NCBI GenBank assembly: GCA_001949185.1 | Contig: BDGG01000002.1 | Coordinates: 3,097,826 to 3,161,825, forward strand | Source: Ramazzottius varieornatus | Lineage: Eukaryota; Animalia; Tardigrada | Direction of reading: 5' to 3' | DNA: 64,000 nucleotides | Part shown: piece by piece, positions 23,701 through 38,900 of the stretch | How the letters are laid out: every line of letters begins with the position of its first letter | How positions within the stretch are numbered: position 1 is the stretch's first letter | Position numbers and translations under genes: made by a program | Notes under the pieces: model-generated | What the model was told of the DNA's origin: nothing | Seen by the model: only the letters and a program-made list of their open reading frames with translations | Databases searched by the model: none

Positions 23701-26700
23701 AGTCAAGCATTTGCATAGTCTTGAAAATGCATTCCTCAAGTGCACTACAGAGCCAATCTCCATCTCACTCCTCGATCCACCATCTGACAGCCTCAGTGTT
23801 ACCATCTCCAGACCCGCTCTTACTCAACGAGTTCGCAGCCTATGCAGATCAGGGACCTTTCTTCCTCAACAGCAATTTGGCTGCATAAACTTCTGTCCGA
23901 TAGAGTTTTACGAATCCGCCGATCCCAACTCATAAAACACACCTCCAGTGAAAACAGCTCCAAAGTATTAAAAACCCACCCATGTTGTACGCATTAATAC
24001 TTCGCTGGGAGCCAACGACAAACATGTGTATCGTGAAGACCATTTGGCCTTCTTTCTACGGGGTGATGTGTGGTAGCACAAATGCAGAAGACTTACGTGT
24101 GTATTGTCAGAAGGAAGACTATCCAAAAGGTTCTTGTGATTGTCGGCAGGGACACTGTCGGGAACAGAAGGAATGTCAACAGCGTCGACGCATATGTTAC
24201 TTCCCAAGGGAGCATTAGGGGAACTCATCACGCAAAGGCTGGCATTTGATCTGTAGCCACATACGCTTTATGGAGCAATCATTTCACATCATAATATTCT
24301 CGTCAGGTGACCACAGAAAAAAGGTATCCTTCGTCCCAGAAACGACAAGCAGAAGTAACTCAAGCTAATCACCGCGCTAATTGGTGTGGCACTGAAACCT
24401 CTCAAGCACGTGAAACCGATTGCCCTTCGTTACTCTTCGATCGCCCACATCGGTAATCGATCCAGTTGAGAACTCTGTTCGATCGGGGAAAAATGGTGGT
24501 AGATTGTCGTACAAGGCGTCAAATACGCAAACAAGGCATGAAACTGCTTACTTTTGTCAAGGAAACTTTTGGCTGCGGCGAAGTGAGCGTGCGAGCGTCA
24601 ATCTCTCCGAATACGTTGATGGTGCGAGACTGCATTCGAAGAGCATAAAAGAAGGGGGCCCATATGAGCAACTCAACGCCGGCTCTGTCCATATCCAAGC
24701 ACGCATGCTTGTATGCCTGTTTGTCCAAGTGCGGAAGCTGTGATGAAGCCGGTGTAATAACCGAGGGGATACATGGTGGCCTCCCTCTGCCTTCCTTTCT
24801 CCTTTCATTCCCATTTTGAAAATGAATCGATCGATATACCAGGACGCAGTGTACTATGCGCTCTGCCAAACATTAGCCCTCGTGTCAATGCAAAGTCGCA
24901 TCCAGTCAATAATACCGCTTAAACTGCGTGGGGGAGAGAGGCGTCTTTCATTGCCTGCTACTTCCCGTGGATATTCTCTTCCTCTCTCTCTCTCTCTTTC
25001 TGTAAGCACAGCTTAAAAGTCTAGTTTGAATTTGATCGCCCGATGATCTCTGCCTGCTGACCCAGCACACACCAACGGATGGATCCTCCGCCCACAGCGC
25101 CACCTGCTCCTTCTGCCCCACAACTTCCTTCCTCCCGTGTCTTCCGCGCCACTCTACGCTCGGCTGCTCCTGTGTGTAACAGCGTGTTCCATGGATGACC
25201 GCATGACCGAATGGGCGGAAAAATCATGGCTGAGCGGTGCAAGCTATCAGTTTGCTTTGACGTGTGGCCCGCAGAGCCATAGCTGGCCAAAACCTACTGG
25301 TCTTGAGCTAGCTCATTGCAGGTCGCTTCCCGTATCCTCTTTACACTTTAGGGGACCCACCTAACCTCCAATTCATTGTTTATTAATTAATTGCAACAAG
25401 CAGGTGCCACATTTTACGGGAACAGGATCATCTCGTATGAAATAATGATCATTAAAAAACAAACATGCATGGGAATTGTTCAAAACTGAGACTAATTGCA
25501 GCGTCTCTTTGTTAACATTATCATTCCCTACTGTCGTGTGTTTAGTGAACGACCTCTTTGCTGTTACTCCTGTCCGAGTAATTCTGCTTCTTCGCTACAG
25601 CTTTGTTACGATTACGATGGTATTTTGAAATTTGAAAAGTCCGATGGAAGACCATAAGCGCGTGTTTTGCTGGACGTCGGTCTGCAGATATATGGGCGAC
25701 TAAAGCTCATGATGGTGCAAAGTGTGGCTTTCGGTTGATTCTCCAGATACCGTCATTAAGTGATTCAATTATCGTTTAGTCAAATTATTCCCTCCCGTTT
25801 AGCCTCTCCTTCATCACAACAGCTCTACAGTCAATCCTATATTCAGTGAGCAGTGCGCAGCATCTGCCGCGAGTATATTTCAACACGACAACTTATCTGG
25901 CGTTCGATCGATCGATCAGCAGCCATTCCGTGATGTGACCGGAGAGCTTCTTCTCACCAAGCTGGGAGCACGTCCATTCACTCTCAACACATCAGCACTA
26001 AAACCCAAATTACCGCACTGTACATCCTGTTCCTCCCACCGAGGCCTGATCCCCAGCGCGTTCTTTGTGTTGGAGGCAAGGCTTAAGCATTCCCAAGAGT
26101 CACGGCAACACACATCGATCTCCCTGGAGAAACCACTCTGTCGCTCTCCAGCCCTTTCTTCGCTTGTCAACTCTAGAATTAATATTAATGCTCCCTCTAT
26201 CCCATCCCTCAATCTCCTCGGGATTGTATCGCTTCCGGCCTAGCCGATCGATACGATCTGGCTTTATCCCTTTCCCTCTCCCCACACCGCACTAACGACC
26301 CATATTAAAACTTTAATACATCTTCCTCTCTTCTGCCGTACAGCTTTCAAATTCTCCTAACTCGTTCATAAGTTAGATGTATGTCCCATTTCCCTTGATC
26401 CATTTCAGCCTCTTTTCCTCTTGTCCTAAAATATATCCCGACGTGCTCATCGTCTGTTAAGCTGCTACTCACACTAACAGACGACATGGCATCAAGTTCA
26501 AACTCTCCATTATTGATTGATACTGCCCGATTCCGGCTTTTTCCATAGTGGAAGAGATGCTGATAATGCTTTTGAAGCCGCAGCTGCAAATATGGCCATT
26601 TGGATTTGCGAATGGTCCGCATGTATGCTCTTAAAATGCGCGTATAAACCATGGAGAGTCATGTTTATCCGATGGCAATAACATATGTACGCCCTAATTA

Positions 26701-29700
26701 ACTCAAAGCGCCCGAAATTCCCTTCTTCACTGTGCCGGCCCCTCCACACCTCAAGCGCCACCTGTCCCCTCCAAACCAGTAATAAACGGACTGTGAGGTG
26801 GAGCAATGACAATCACAGCGAAACAAAAACTGGTTCTGAGTATCGAATAATTACCACCTGGCAATTTTAGTAACTTGGAAGGCGAGGAGACAAAACTTAC
26901 AAGATCGTTACTTGAGTGGCGCAGACTTCCAGGCAATAAAGATGGAAAAGTGCGCCACTAGTAATAACGATCCCTCAAATTGTGCCTGCAAAAGCTCCCA
27001 ATTGGGAAATAGCTTAATTTGAAACCAAAATGGCGGTGTGACTAGAGTACTGTGGCGTGCGACGTACGAGAGCTGAGAAGACTTGAGTGCATCGATTGGC
27101 AGCGGGTTGCTGGAGGCTCGATAGATAGCCATTGAACCAGCCACAAGGCGGTAATCATAACGGCATAATTTAATATTTAATCCTGCTTATTGAAAGGTTT
27201 GCCATGTTGACATAGCGCAAACAAATTGTCGATGAAGTTGTGAATACGAGTGTTTCAGAAAAGAGACAGGGCTAGTTGTACGTCGTTGCACTTCGGCATG
27301 TTGACTTGTGATATTGAACGCTTCAGCTCACAGTCAATTCAAACAAGCTAGCCACATTCCATCCATACATTCACATCACATCAATAAAAGTGTTCACACA
27401 AAAAGATCCCGCAGCTAGCGCCATCTAGATTTATTTTTAGAACCGAATGTTATGGCCGCACAAAGCCATCAAATATTTTACGACCTCTTTTACCACCGGA
27501 TACGAGTCATGCGACATGCTCCTATCTCGCCTTTCAGTATCTGCATGCCGCACACACGTCTTTGTCAACGGCATAAAGTATGGCGATACACACTGCGTAC
27601 ATGCGTGCTACGGAAATGCCGCTGCGGATCATTAACCATCAAACGGGTCGTTGTTGCAGATCGGCGCAACGGTGCGCACGGACACCGCAGTACACTACCA
27701 CTTCGAAATCTGCAACATGCTCATAGAGGTCCTCGTTGTAGCATGGCTTTTCGGCTCCATACCAAATGGGTCAGTTCATTTGCCTGCGTCCCCAATCACG
27801 AGTACCCTCACCAACCTGCACACGACGTTTTTGTGCCCCCGTCGTCTGTCTTCCCTCCGATGTATCGTCTAATTTTGCCAATTTGCATAGCACCGTACGC
27901 TATAATTATATCGATTGGCGTGTACGTTTCGACCTCGTATCGGTCATATCGACACACATCGTGTCGTAGTGACTTATCGGCGTCGGTAGAAGCCATAAAG
28001 GCTCTCTCTGTCTGTGTCCTGTTACCGAGCTTTTACTTCAGTAGCGGCACATGTCAGCTCAAGGAGTAATTAGATAATCGCTTAAGCTGCTTAACCGGCC
28101 ATCAAGTGTCATTACGCGCATAATGCAAAGGAGAGATCCTTCCTGCGGTCTATTAAGCTCTCCGGCTGCGCGCTTCCGTTGATTAAAGCCTCAGCACACC
28201 TTCCAACCATCTAAACCATTCCATTGCACACAGTCGGCCTAAAGCTACATCCTGGAAGCTCGTCCGCTACTGAAAAAGCCGTAAATAGACTGTCCATACC
28301 ACAACAATTGTCGACGACATACGTTACAGAAGCCTCGGCTTATATTCTAACAGAAAATTCAGTATAGGACTAGGGGTCGTAATTCTTTCCGAAGTTCAGC
28401 GGAACGTTTTTGTTCCGTCACGTTCAGATTCTTACCTGTTTGGGGGAATCCAGTTTCCGCTCTTCAGGACCGGCGTTGGAATTATCCAGACTGCGTAAGG
28501 CGGAGATGGAAGTGCTGGTCGTATCCAGGTTGGCATCTGTCATTACCGTTGATTGCTGATGAAAATCTTGTCGAGCGGCAGGAGGTGTCAGGTTGGCTTC
28601 TCGCCTGGGGCCACTGGCCAGCAGAGACAGCAAAGTGGATGGTGGACTGCTTTTAGAGGTAGCGGTGGCGTTCTCTTCGTCCTGCCTACCGCCGGTACCG
28701 TCACTACCGCCACCACTGCTCGTTGGGTTCCGATCCGTTACGCTGCACGGTTCCAACTTCACCTGCAACGAGAATAAAAACTATATCAAACACGGTACCT
28801 TCGTCTTTTGCTTACTCTACATTCTCCACCGGTCGCACGCATGATTGACCAAGCGACACCCAGCTAAAAAGTTCTACGGTCCAGAGCTCCTCATTGATTA
28901 CGATTTTCTTTTGAACTTCATATCCAAGATTGGACCTCGAAGACAGTACTGAAATTTTTCTACGCTTGCTTTTCGACGTGGAACTACATACAACAGGGCA
29001 AATTCGCTTGGCCGATAGCTTGATTATGGAGGTTATTCGATCGTGGTTTTACGACAGTGTCAATGCGATAGGCAATTGACCATTAATAAAGCGTATAAGC
29101 GTGAGGAATGTGAGGTATGGCCGGGAGGTGTTACAGCCATGTCAAGCGCTGACAATGGTGGAGTAAACAGTGCAATAGACAAATGTGATTTAGCCACAGC
29201 GTGATCAACACCATTCGCATTTACTTCCACCAGAGTACATACAGTGTACGACAAAATTAACCGTTAAAAATGGGCGTAACACTCCAACTGAGCTTACTTA
29301 CGACTCTGCCAATGAGAATTAGATTTTGCTGCATGGGCAAATTTCATTGGCTTTAACCATCTGGCTCCATACACCCATTTTAACGGTTTATTTTGTCGTA
29401 CACTGTACGACACTAGTCAAGCAATCCAAGGGGAAATTAATCAGGTAGACACTTGACAAGTTGGCCAAGCATGCCTTTCAAGTTGTACCAGAGCTTTTTC
29501 TCTTTAGAGCCCCACACAACAGCCTATTGACCCGCACTACACCGCGTAAACAGTCAGCTCGCCATATTAAACTTCAAGCGGGTTTCTGCAGTGGCTTGCA
29601 GAGTATGCCACACTATGCCTACGGTTTCCTGACGGCATGTACGGTATACATGAGTTGGTGGCGGAGTACTTCACATCACCCCACGTATTATCACACGCTA

Positions 29701-32700
29701 CAGGGAGTGACCATGTATGCGACGAGCGCTGCACCGCAATGCGCCAACACTGCTTTCAGTGACAAGAAGAGCACACAAAACAAACTCGTCGCTTTAACCG
29801 CTTTAGCCTTTAAGTGGCGCTTTTGATAATTGTGAGCCGTCAAAAAATCGCATTAAGTAGCTGTAACATATACCACTTTCACAACCTTTCATGCGGCACT
29901 TGCTGCCAGTCTCGTAACACGACGGCAAACCCAAATGTCCCCAGCCGGGCAAGATCCTTCTGCACCCCGATACTCTGCGCGCAAAATGTCGTAGAAAAAC
30001 AGTCATTACCCACCAGCAGTTGCTCAAGATCAATAACTCTGGCGACACGAAATTGAAATACACCGAAAACGATACCGGGATTTCGTTTGGAACTTTCTGG
30101 ACGATTTTCAAGGCCAATACGTTCGGCGGGAGAAGTTAAATGCCGGACATACCTGATCGGTCGGGCACTGTCGATAAAACTGATCTACGGCCGAAAACAG
30201 TTCAGAAAGGGGGAACTAATGGTGGAAATTACGATTAGACATCAGATCAGTAGAAGGCGGAAAAGATATTCGAGAGAACATAGAGAAGGATGTCCGGAAT
30301 GAGTGGGAGCTAGCGCTGCAAGTCAATCTGTGTTGATAAGAGGGCTGTAAAAGTGGAGCTAGAGATGGGCCTGACATTAGCTGACTGGCAAGGCGAGCAT
30401 GATATCGATTTGCCGCAACACAAGCTCTCAAAGTTTTTACAACACAAACGATGATAAAAGTTGACGATACAGCCACAGTTTACGCTCTCTGGTGGCAGTT
30501 GAAGGCGCTCGCTCCGTCGTGGCTACGGCACAGTCAGAGGCCAAGGCGAACAAGCCAAGAGAGCATGGATATATTGTCAGGAGGAAAGAGAAAGTGAATG
30601 TTTGAGGCGGCAATTATGGCCTAGTCAGCCGTAGCCACCGATGGCGAAAGAAGTCGTCGTATAAAAGGACGGCATTCTGTCATGGATCAGTGCGGCCAGC
30701 TCGTTTACTCCCCGCCTCTCCGGAACGCGTTAACACCATCTGTCTGCGCAACCACGGCAGACAGTCGCGCACACAACCAGTATCGACCACAGCACCATCT
30801 AGTGTAAACCGTGAAAAGATGTTTCCATCCAGAATATTCCAACAGCTTTTGAGCAAAGTTGCACCCCCTCCCCCACCCCCTCAACGCTCGAAAATGAAAA
30901 CACGTCGTCCCGGTTTCAAATTTCTACGCGGTTAACCTTCGCACATCGTTGTACTGGTTTCGGGGTTTTGGTAAGGAGAAAACGGCATTATCCAGAATCA
31001 CATTTTGCTACAGTTTTTCTGGGCACCAGTTTTGGCTGTGATTGACGGTTGAGAACTTCAGACGGCGCAATGGTATGGTGGCGCCACCAGGAGACTTAAA
31101 AGGCGCTACTGAGTGCAATTACAGGCTGCAGCTGCAAAAAGTTTTTGTCTCTTTGGTTGACAGTGGCTTCTTTTGAACTGGCCCTGTCAGTGTCATTAAC
31201 TGCCACACTTGTAATGGATCTTCGAGACAGACACGACATGCTACTAACTTTGTCTAATAGACACGGCATGCAGCCGCTACTGCATCGCTACACTGTACAT
31301 GCCATCTCGCAGCATCGTCTTGTCGACAAAGCGCCGGCATGTTTTCAAATTTTTCCCCGCATGTTTCCGCCGGCATCTTATAAAAACACACAACTAGCAC
31401 TTGATATGTTATCGATATGTTGAATGATGACAGCCCAGCTCGAACTGGGTGCGTACCTTGATGGGTCTTCACAAACGATCCCATTCATATTCAGAGGGTA
31501 AGCAATGAATCCGTCCGAAAATTGACTGTTACCTTTCATCCACACTTTCAAAGGAAAGTTTTTGCTCAAGCTTACCGCGGTGGTCTCGTTGTCTGTTTCC
31601 AACAGAGAGATATTCCCCGTTACATTCGATGGTCCGTCGTCAAGCTCTGTATCGTTGGAAAGGATCTTTTTCGCACTGCGTGACTTGCGTTTCTTGTCAG
31701 AGGTCCTCTTGGACGAGCCATTTGAGTGTTCCATTTGAAGAGGGTCGTTGTCACTCTTTTCTTCTCCCATTTTCCGGCGCTTCACACCATGTGTTGCGCT
31801 CTCCGCAGCTTCCCGTTGTAACTTCGCGATGTACTGCTTCTGTCGTTCGACGGCAATATTTCGTGGTTCTTTCTCTCGTACAAAAGTCTGCAAAAACGGA
31901 TTCGATTATTGGGCGAGAGTTTTTCGTGGTAAATTGAACGACTGGTTTACTCGGCAAACTTTTAACGCTACTTAGTAAAGAACTTTTCCGCAATTCTACG
32001 CTCCATCTAAGCATCCGTAAGCTACCACGAGACACCTCCAATCACAGCATTTGTTGTTTTCCTGCTAGCAAGCAAATGCCACCGTAGAACGTGGAACTCT
32101 GTATGCCGGTCAGTCTTTACTTCGGTCTCAGGCTGACAGACGCTTCGTTATTTCAGAGTACTGAATGGTACAAGGTATGCGCACTGAGGGCGACCCCATA
32201 CAATAAACTGTAACGAGCCAGTAGCAGCAAAGTGGTCATTAAAGCCGCGAACGAGTGTCAAATCAGCACCTCATCAGCCTCACCTTCTGTATCCTGCCAG
32301 TAATCGAGACAGGCGTCAACGCACAATTGTCCCAGCAATACCAGGAAAGGAGACTCACCAGTACGCAAAGCCGCAGCGGATGGTGCAAATGGTCATCAGG
32401 AATGCAAGCACAGGTCAACGTTATGAATGAACTGGTTGAAGGATATGCACAAATATTCGATGAAGGCAGACAAGCAGACAGTAAAGCTTCACGCTAGACA
32501 AATGAGAACAGCTTGCAGAATGAAGCTAATTGGTCCCGACAAAGCAGATATAGTTGAATCAGTGTTGGGGCGCTGTGGCAGTTTATACACGCTTCCCTTT
32601 CATCAATTCCTCCGCATGCTCTTCCAGTTGCAGTTGACATACTATGGCTGAAGCTACTGACTCAGGCTGGTGCATAGTGTGCTCTATTCACTCTGACCGG

Positions 32701-35700
32701 GTTTAAAAAGGCATAAATCGCTCCTCGTGTAGACAGGCAGATCATCGTTGAGGCGCAGTCAACAGCTATCTAAGACAAATCTACACTGAGACGCCTGATC
32801 CGATCCCCGCCATTGAGCAGATTGATTCGCTACCGAAGAGGGAAAAAGAGGGGGATTGTCGTGTCAGGATACGGAGCAAAGGCCGTGCAATGGATGATGT
32901 ACTTGGTGGCACAACAAGGAAGACCTCAATAGACCCTGTCAAAACGCCCAAAAGCCCGTACACTGTTCCACACGTCAGCCTACATGGCTATACGTTGGGT
33001 TGCCTGTTGGGAATAAATGTGCTTGCCGTACTACTGTTGGAAGAAATGCCAATGCGGGAAGCTGTTCATGTACGCTTGAGAGAGGGATGCACAGCATATT
33101 ACGAGCTGAGCTATTTCCTTCCTTCCGATATGGCTGATCCTTACTCCGAGTCGTCGCTCCCGGCCTCCTTCTCTGTACGACCAAAGAGCGAGAGGGACTT
33201 GACAGGCAGAAGGCACTTTGGGCTGCCGTTGTCGGGGAAGGAATGGTGTAAGGCCCGACGTGTACACAGTGCGGCTTTGGAGGAGGTTATCGTTACAGGC
33301 TTATAGCAGAGCATCAGCCAGAACAAACTCTTCAACTCAATCATCGATCGATCAATAGCGGTTTTGATGGGCCTAAGTTGTGACTGTTAACTCGTGCAGA
33401 TTTGACAATTTCCACTGAATCCCCTACAGGGGATCCACTTCCTTCCCAGATAGCCTGTCAACTAACTTACGGACAACCGTACACATTAGCTAACAAAGAA
33501 CAAGTATCACACCACCAACCTGCGAACCTTTCGTCGGATCCCACGTGATCGGCAGCAACAAGGATAACTAGCTTACTCCCAGTTGCTGTACACGCACGAT
33601 GGGAAATTATGGTACAGTAAAAATTATGGGACAAGCGGAAAGGACGGCGAAATGGAAATTTGACCGTAGAAAAGCGTTGAAAAGTACATTAGTGTGAATC
33701 GGTTGTGTACGTACGTGCTTCCGCACCGCCGTAGCGAAAAAGGGCTGTCCCATAATTTCACATCGTGCCTGTACTGTGTCTTCTACACCGAATTCCTGGA
33801 TATTACGACTGAGCTTCGCGTCATCCGCAAAGCAGGACGTAACGGCAAGGTAAGACTGACATGGCTATTCTTTCGGTGGATGATGATGAGAACCCCCAAC
33901 AAGGACTATTCAGTGCCCGAGCCATGCCTCAAGGTACGTGACGCGAAGCTTCAAAAAGTTGCAAGGGAAAAGCTTATTCCATAGTCAACTACCGGTATTT
34001 GAACACTAACAAATCTAATTTGTTCAGAGTAGCTACAGCAGCAGCTTGCTTGGTTTCGGAGAAATTGCGCAGTTTCCTACAAGTTGTCTGGTGTTCTGGC
34101 TGGTCATGAAGGTCGGGGTAAAACTTTAAAGACGGGCAAAATACAAGACCTTTCGAACTCGGGAGCACCAGCGTAGTTTTTGGGAAGGAAAGTTGGAGAC
34201 CTGTAACACTTCTGACAGACAAAATATTGTGACAGAGAATAATGGGATGCAAAAAGACCACAAAGCCGTAGGAGAGCCGTACGGTGCCGCACCGACACTG
34301 CTCCATGGCCCCTTTCTGGACGCGGCCCCTTTCAATCTTCCGTCATCGATCGGCTGGCCCAGATAATGTGGCATAATCACAGCTGTAGATGCCGACGCAT
34401 CAACAGTAGCTCCATCTTTACCAACTTCTGTATGTACTTTTTATCCAACTTATCCTCACTGTTTTCCAGCCAGTGTTGAAAAGCAGAAAACGTATCTCGT
34501 TGAAGCGCGCACCTGTTAATCTTTCACACCTCGACTTTGTTGCCACGCTCAAACTTTTCGCCACAGCGCCACATTTCACTGCTGCAATACCATGCCCCAG
34601 TTAAAACTATCGTGGTCGAATCAACCCTCACAACTCACAGGACTGTCTTTCGCATTTGAACAATGGATTCAAAGGTATACGAACGAGAAAGCAAGATGAA
34701 TATTGCATGTTGATATTCTACTACCATCTAGCACACTGCAAATAACCTTATCTTATCCTACATAACCATCATATACAGTAATTGTCCTGCACGGATAAAC
34801 GAAGTTAGCAACAATGTTCTTCTTATCACGAAGCGTGGCAGACTACGCCATGCACGATATATTAGGCCGCAAAAATCGAGAATTAGCAAGTTTGATGAAG
34901 CGTAAATGACGGTGAAGTGAATGAAAGCTGATCAGGACAACCAAGTGTGTCGCTCTGTTCACTCTTTCACCGTATTCTGTCCTGTCCTTCCGTTCTATCG
35001 TTCGCCTCGCTTTCGAATGACCGGCGGATAATTAAGCGCATTATGTTACCCTGCTGCTGCCACGATACTAGCTCAATCAACTTCCTAACAATTCCACCTT
35101 AATTGCCAGATATGACTGGCATCGCAACCACACTCTCCAATCCCACAAAAATTAATCTCAGTCTGTTATGCACGTGCAGCTCCTGTTGTTTAGACAAGCG
35201 AAGGCACTGGTACACTGAGTGGTGCACAAACAATCGCTGCGAACATCGTAGAAAAATGGCACTAAATTCTTGAAGGCTTAGGATGTCGTAGTCCTTTTGT
35301 ATACGGTTACTTTCTACGAAGAAATCCCTGCTCTAAACATTATTCTAGTTTTCGGTAAATAATTCGTAGTAAAGTGAAAACTATCCATTTGGTGCCACAA
35401 AGGTAATGTTCGTCTAGTATTAGGTACCAGATTTTGGACACAAGTCATGTAAAATTGATCGATATGCTTGGAAGCAAGCAAACTTTTGCAGAAGCAAACT
35501 GTTGCCATAGATGGAAGATATGTTCTATGAGTAAAAGTTGGTTTGACTTACGTCGAGGTCTTCCTTGGTCAAGAAGCTGACGATGGCGAAGCCGTCAATT
35601 AGCAGTTCTTCCGCCGTGTTATTCATGGCCGGCAATGAGATGGTATTCCGGATGTACTCTTGTTCGACACTGGCCGACGCTAACTGCGACACTTCCGTGT

Positions 35701-35947
35701 CACTATCCTGTCCTTCCTGGTCGGAAGTCTGTCTACGCACGCGATGTCCAGGCTTCTTCTTGGTCTTGCTGGCCATTGTGGGACTGGCTTCCTTGTTGCG
35801 ACCATGCTGACGTTTGTTGTGGGAGGTTTCGCTGAGAGTGTCAGGCTGGGCCTCTACGGATGAACGGCGCCGGTGAAGTCGCGAGGGACTGTCCAATGTG
35901 GGACGTGGCCGACGTTTGCTGCGAGACTGTGCATTCCCTTTATCCAT
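14767..35947 (-). CDS. AUTS2: AUTS2/FBRSL1/fibrosin (tay bridge)-like nuclear protein, multi-exon, ~21 kb
   Basis: N-terminal exon (~35947-35551) has [13 protein letters not shown], the AUTS2-family EEDIIDGFA motif. The exon at ~17140-16785 has [22 protein letters not shown], the family signature. Other Ser/Pro/charged exons lie at ~33300-33145, 31888-31577, 28762-28437, 18434-18090, 17975-17680, 16345-15697 and 15557-14767. Some internal exon boundaries are uncertain and upstream exons are possible. Confidence 0.88.
29242..29405. mobile_element. Tc1/mariner-type MITE (~165 bp), copy 2, in an AUTS2-like intron
   Basis: TA|CAGTGTACGACAAAATTAACCGTTAAAAATGGG...CCCATTTTAACGGTTTATTTTGTCGTACACTG|TA. 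Confidence 0.88.
33591..33771. mobile_element. pogo-derived MITE, TA-flanked
   Basis: TA|CACGCACGATGGGAAATTATGG ... CCCATAATTTCACATCGTGCCTG|TA; the terminus CACGCACGA is shared with the element at 46441. Confidence 0.8.
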
Positions 35948-38900
35948 TTTTGACACATTCAAATAAACACCAGCAGCAAATCAATGTGACGTATGATGGC
36001 GTATCCAACAGCCCATCATCACAAACATGTTGCCGATAGGCCGTCAAGCCAAATCATGGTGCATTTTTTCGTCAAACGCCATTTACTCTACCGAGCAACA
36101 AAAAAACACCCATCTAAAGGACAAAATCAAAGGGAGTGTGAAATAAAGATTTCCGGTCCAGTAGACGGTGCTTGATGAGCCTGATCCACTTGGTGAATTG
36201 CTACACCCACACCTCGGATAAATACACTCTGATTCAACCTGCAGCAAAAGAAGGTCAGGGAATCCCTTTTCGTAATGGACTTCCCACATGGGGCATATCA
36301 AAGTTGTCCACTTCACGTCATGGGCTTGGGATTTCTAGCTAAATGGTATTAGCTGGTGGAAAAATATCCGAAAACACGAGGAAGCCTGCAGAACAGGTGT
36401 ATGTAATTTGACGAACAAACTAATGATGTCAATGGTCGGCTTGCCGATTTCGTTTACGCGTACCACATGGACGAATTTTTTTAAATGTTTTATGGTAGAA
36501 CAATGCGATAAAAAACATCAAAGGCTCAGCTGGACGATTGACCACACAGGAGCTTACCGGTCATTGTTTCACCGCCAACAAGGAAAACGACGACAAAGGA
36601 TAAGACAGGTTCTTGTCAAATTGTAGGCTGTCTGAGCTCGATCATCTTAGAAGTTCCCAGATTGAAATACGGCCATACATCATCTTCGACAGCACAGCTC
36701 TTCAGTCTTCACCGTCAATAAAGCCGTGGTGTCACTGGTTGCAGCATTGGCCCAAAAATACACACTCTGTAAAGTGAAAAGCGCTGTACCACGCTATAGT
36801 GTACAGACAAACACAGTGGCACAAGAACACAGATGCACACAAAGCATCCCAAACCAATTTCACACTTACCTCTCACGAATGCTTTCCCAGTACGTGAACA
36901 GGCAGAAAAACGGTCATTGCAGTCGACGCTCTGGACGATGAGAGATCAGGATGCTGGAATCTGACGCTACTTTATCGGGAAGTTCTGAGATGAGCGAGCA
37001 TGGGCAAACTTTTCGCGTGTCTGGCCTCCAGTAAGCTCAATGTGACGATACATTACAGTTCAGCGCATGCGTAAAGGCTGCTGGTACGTACAACACACTG
37101 TATAGGCAGAATGGCAGGTCTCAACGCTGTTTGCCCTGCCTTTCATACCCGTTCCATTCTGCTGTCAGTCTGTCGTCGAGCTAATATAAATCACGCATTT
37201 CATGGCTACGAAACCATCCACTAAACCGCCCAGTATCGATAACCGATTGTCGCCCCCAGACCATGGCGTATGCGCTAAGCCTACTCCTAGTACTATGTCC
37301 ATTGAGCCGACACAAGGAAGTTGTACTGTACGAAGTGAGTACGGTCACATCAGGACGGAGCATAAAGTGGTCTGGCCGGTTTCGGCCGGGTCCAATGGGA
37401 AAGGCCTCTTTGGAGCCTGTCAAAATGCATTTCCGTTGTTGATGTTTTGCAGGCAAAGAGGGGAGAGGCTGCGCTGGATATTAGCCCCTGAACGAAGGAA
37501 GCAGGGCGAAGTGACTTGACTACACAGAAGAATGTAGTATTAGGCCTTTCTGTACATACGGCAAAAGCCCTCCTGATGACCACTTCAGGCTGGACAGATG
37601 ATAACGTGGTCAGGCAGGGGTGAATAAATTATAATATAGCGAGAGAAAGCAGAGAGCAATATCCGATGGCCCAAGCGGTAATGCCGCTGTGTTCTAAACG
37701 TGTAAGGGCTTATTTATCAGACCGGAGGCTATCAGGATACTTACTGTCGCGCATGATCAATTGCAATGGGCAATATAAGGGTATTAAGAGGGCGAATTTA
37801 TAACAAAACAGCCGCACTGGTGTGACCGCGAGTCCGTTATAGACTATGGCACATTGAAATTTCGGAATTCAAAGGCGTCGCTCTTACAGAATCTAGAATG
37901 TTAGAAACGCAAGCGGCAACGTCTGCCTGGCATACTTGATTGTGTGCAAAATTAATTAGTAACCCAATCGCGTTTTAATAGACTGAAGAAAATAGGCAAT
38001 CACTGGCCCATGAGGTGTCGATTATCTGAATTTCCCAGTGAAAAACAATCAGCTTTCACTTCAGACCCACCCGTGAAACTTGAACGAATCTACAACGTGG
38101 CTCGACCTTCGTGTGGTTTCCTGGTCCAGCAACGCAAGCGGTGAAATTCGACAGTTCTAGATCTGTAACAGCGAGGGCGTGGAAAACGTCCACAGGGTCA
38201 CAGTGCTAATGCACTTTGACAGGGTGCTTGTCATGGAACGAAGAATGGGTTGGTCAATACAATTTTATTGTCTAGAATGGGATTCCTCTTGTGCTCATGT
38301 GCTCTTGAACCCAAGTCTCCAAAGTGGATTGTTATAAGGTTTCCTTGTACTTGTTTTTCGGAGACAAAGCGTAAAAGTGATCAGTACGGAGAGAGACGAC
38401 AGGTACTTTAATACGATTTAGTGCCACTTATAAAATGATGAGAATGGAAGTTATGAGTGTCTTGTGGTGCAGGAAAGGGACAAGAGGCTAAACCGGTGGG
38501 GTAGTTTATGCTGGTCGGTCAGGCGTGCGATAGGCGTCAATTGTTGCACCGCTGCTGTCCTCACAATAATAATCTCAGACCATGACCATTCCGCCCATTG
38601 TCTCCCCTCCACGGCCCGCTGTGACGTGCGTTGTTTTGATCAACAATATTGACAAGACATTTCCCGCTTCCTTATAAAAACGGAACGGACAGGTTCCTCT
38701 CCTAGACGGTTACCACAACTGGGCCAGATGATGAAGACGAAGATTGGTTTCAGTTTCACTGTTTCGAGTTGAATACCTTTAGTTCGTTTATGCTATATAA
38801 GTATCTCTCCTGGTCTCCCGTATGACTACCACATAGAAACTATTGTAGAAGGGTACCACAGTGTGTCCTGTGGAGGAATGAACCTTTAGAGGCGAGTCGT

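Noticed and set aside
27452-28069. 205-aa plus-strand ORF in an AUTS2-like intron
   Set aside because: No recognisable motif and non-coding-like composition; probably a chance ORF.
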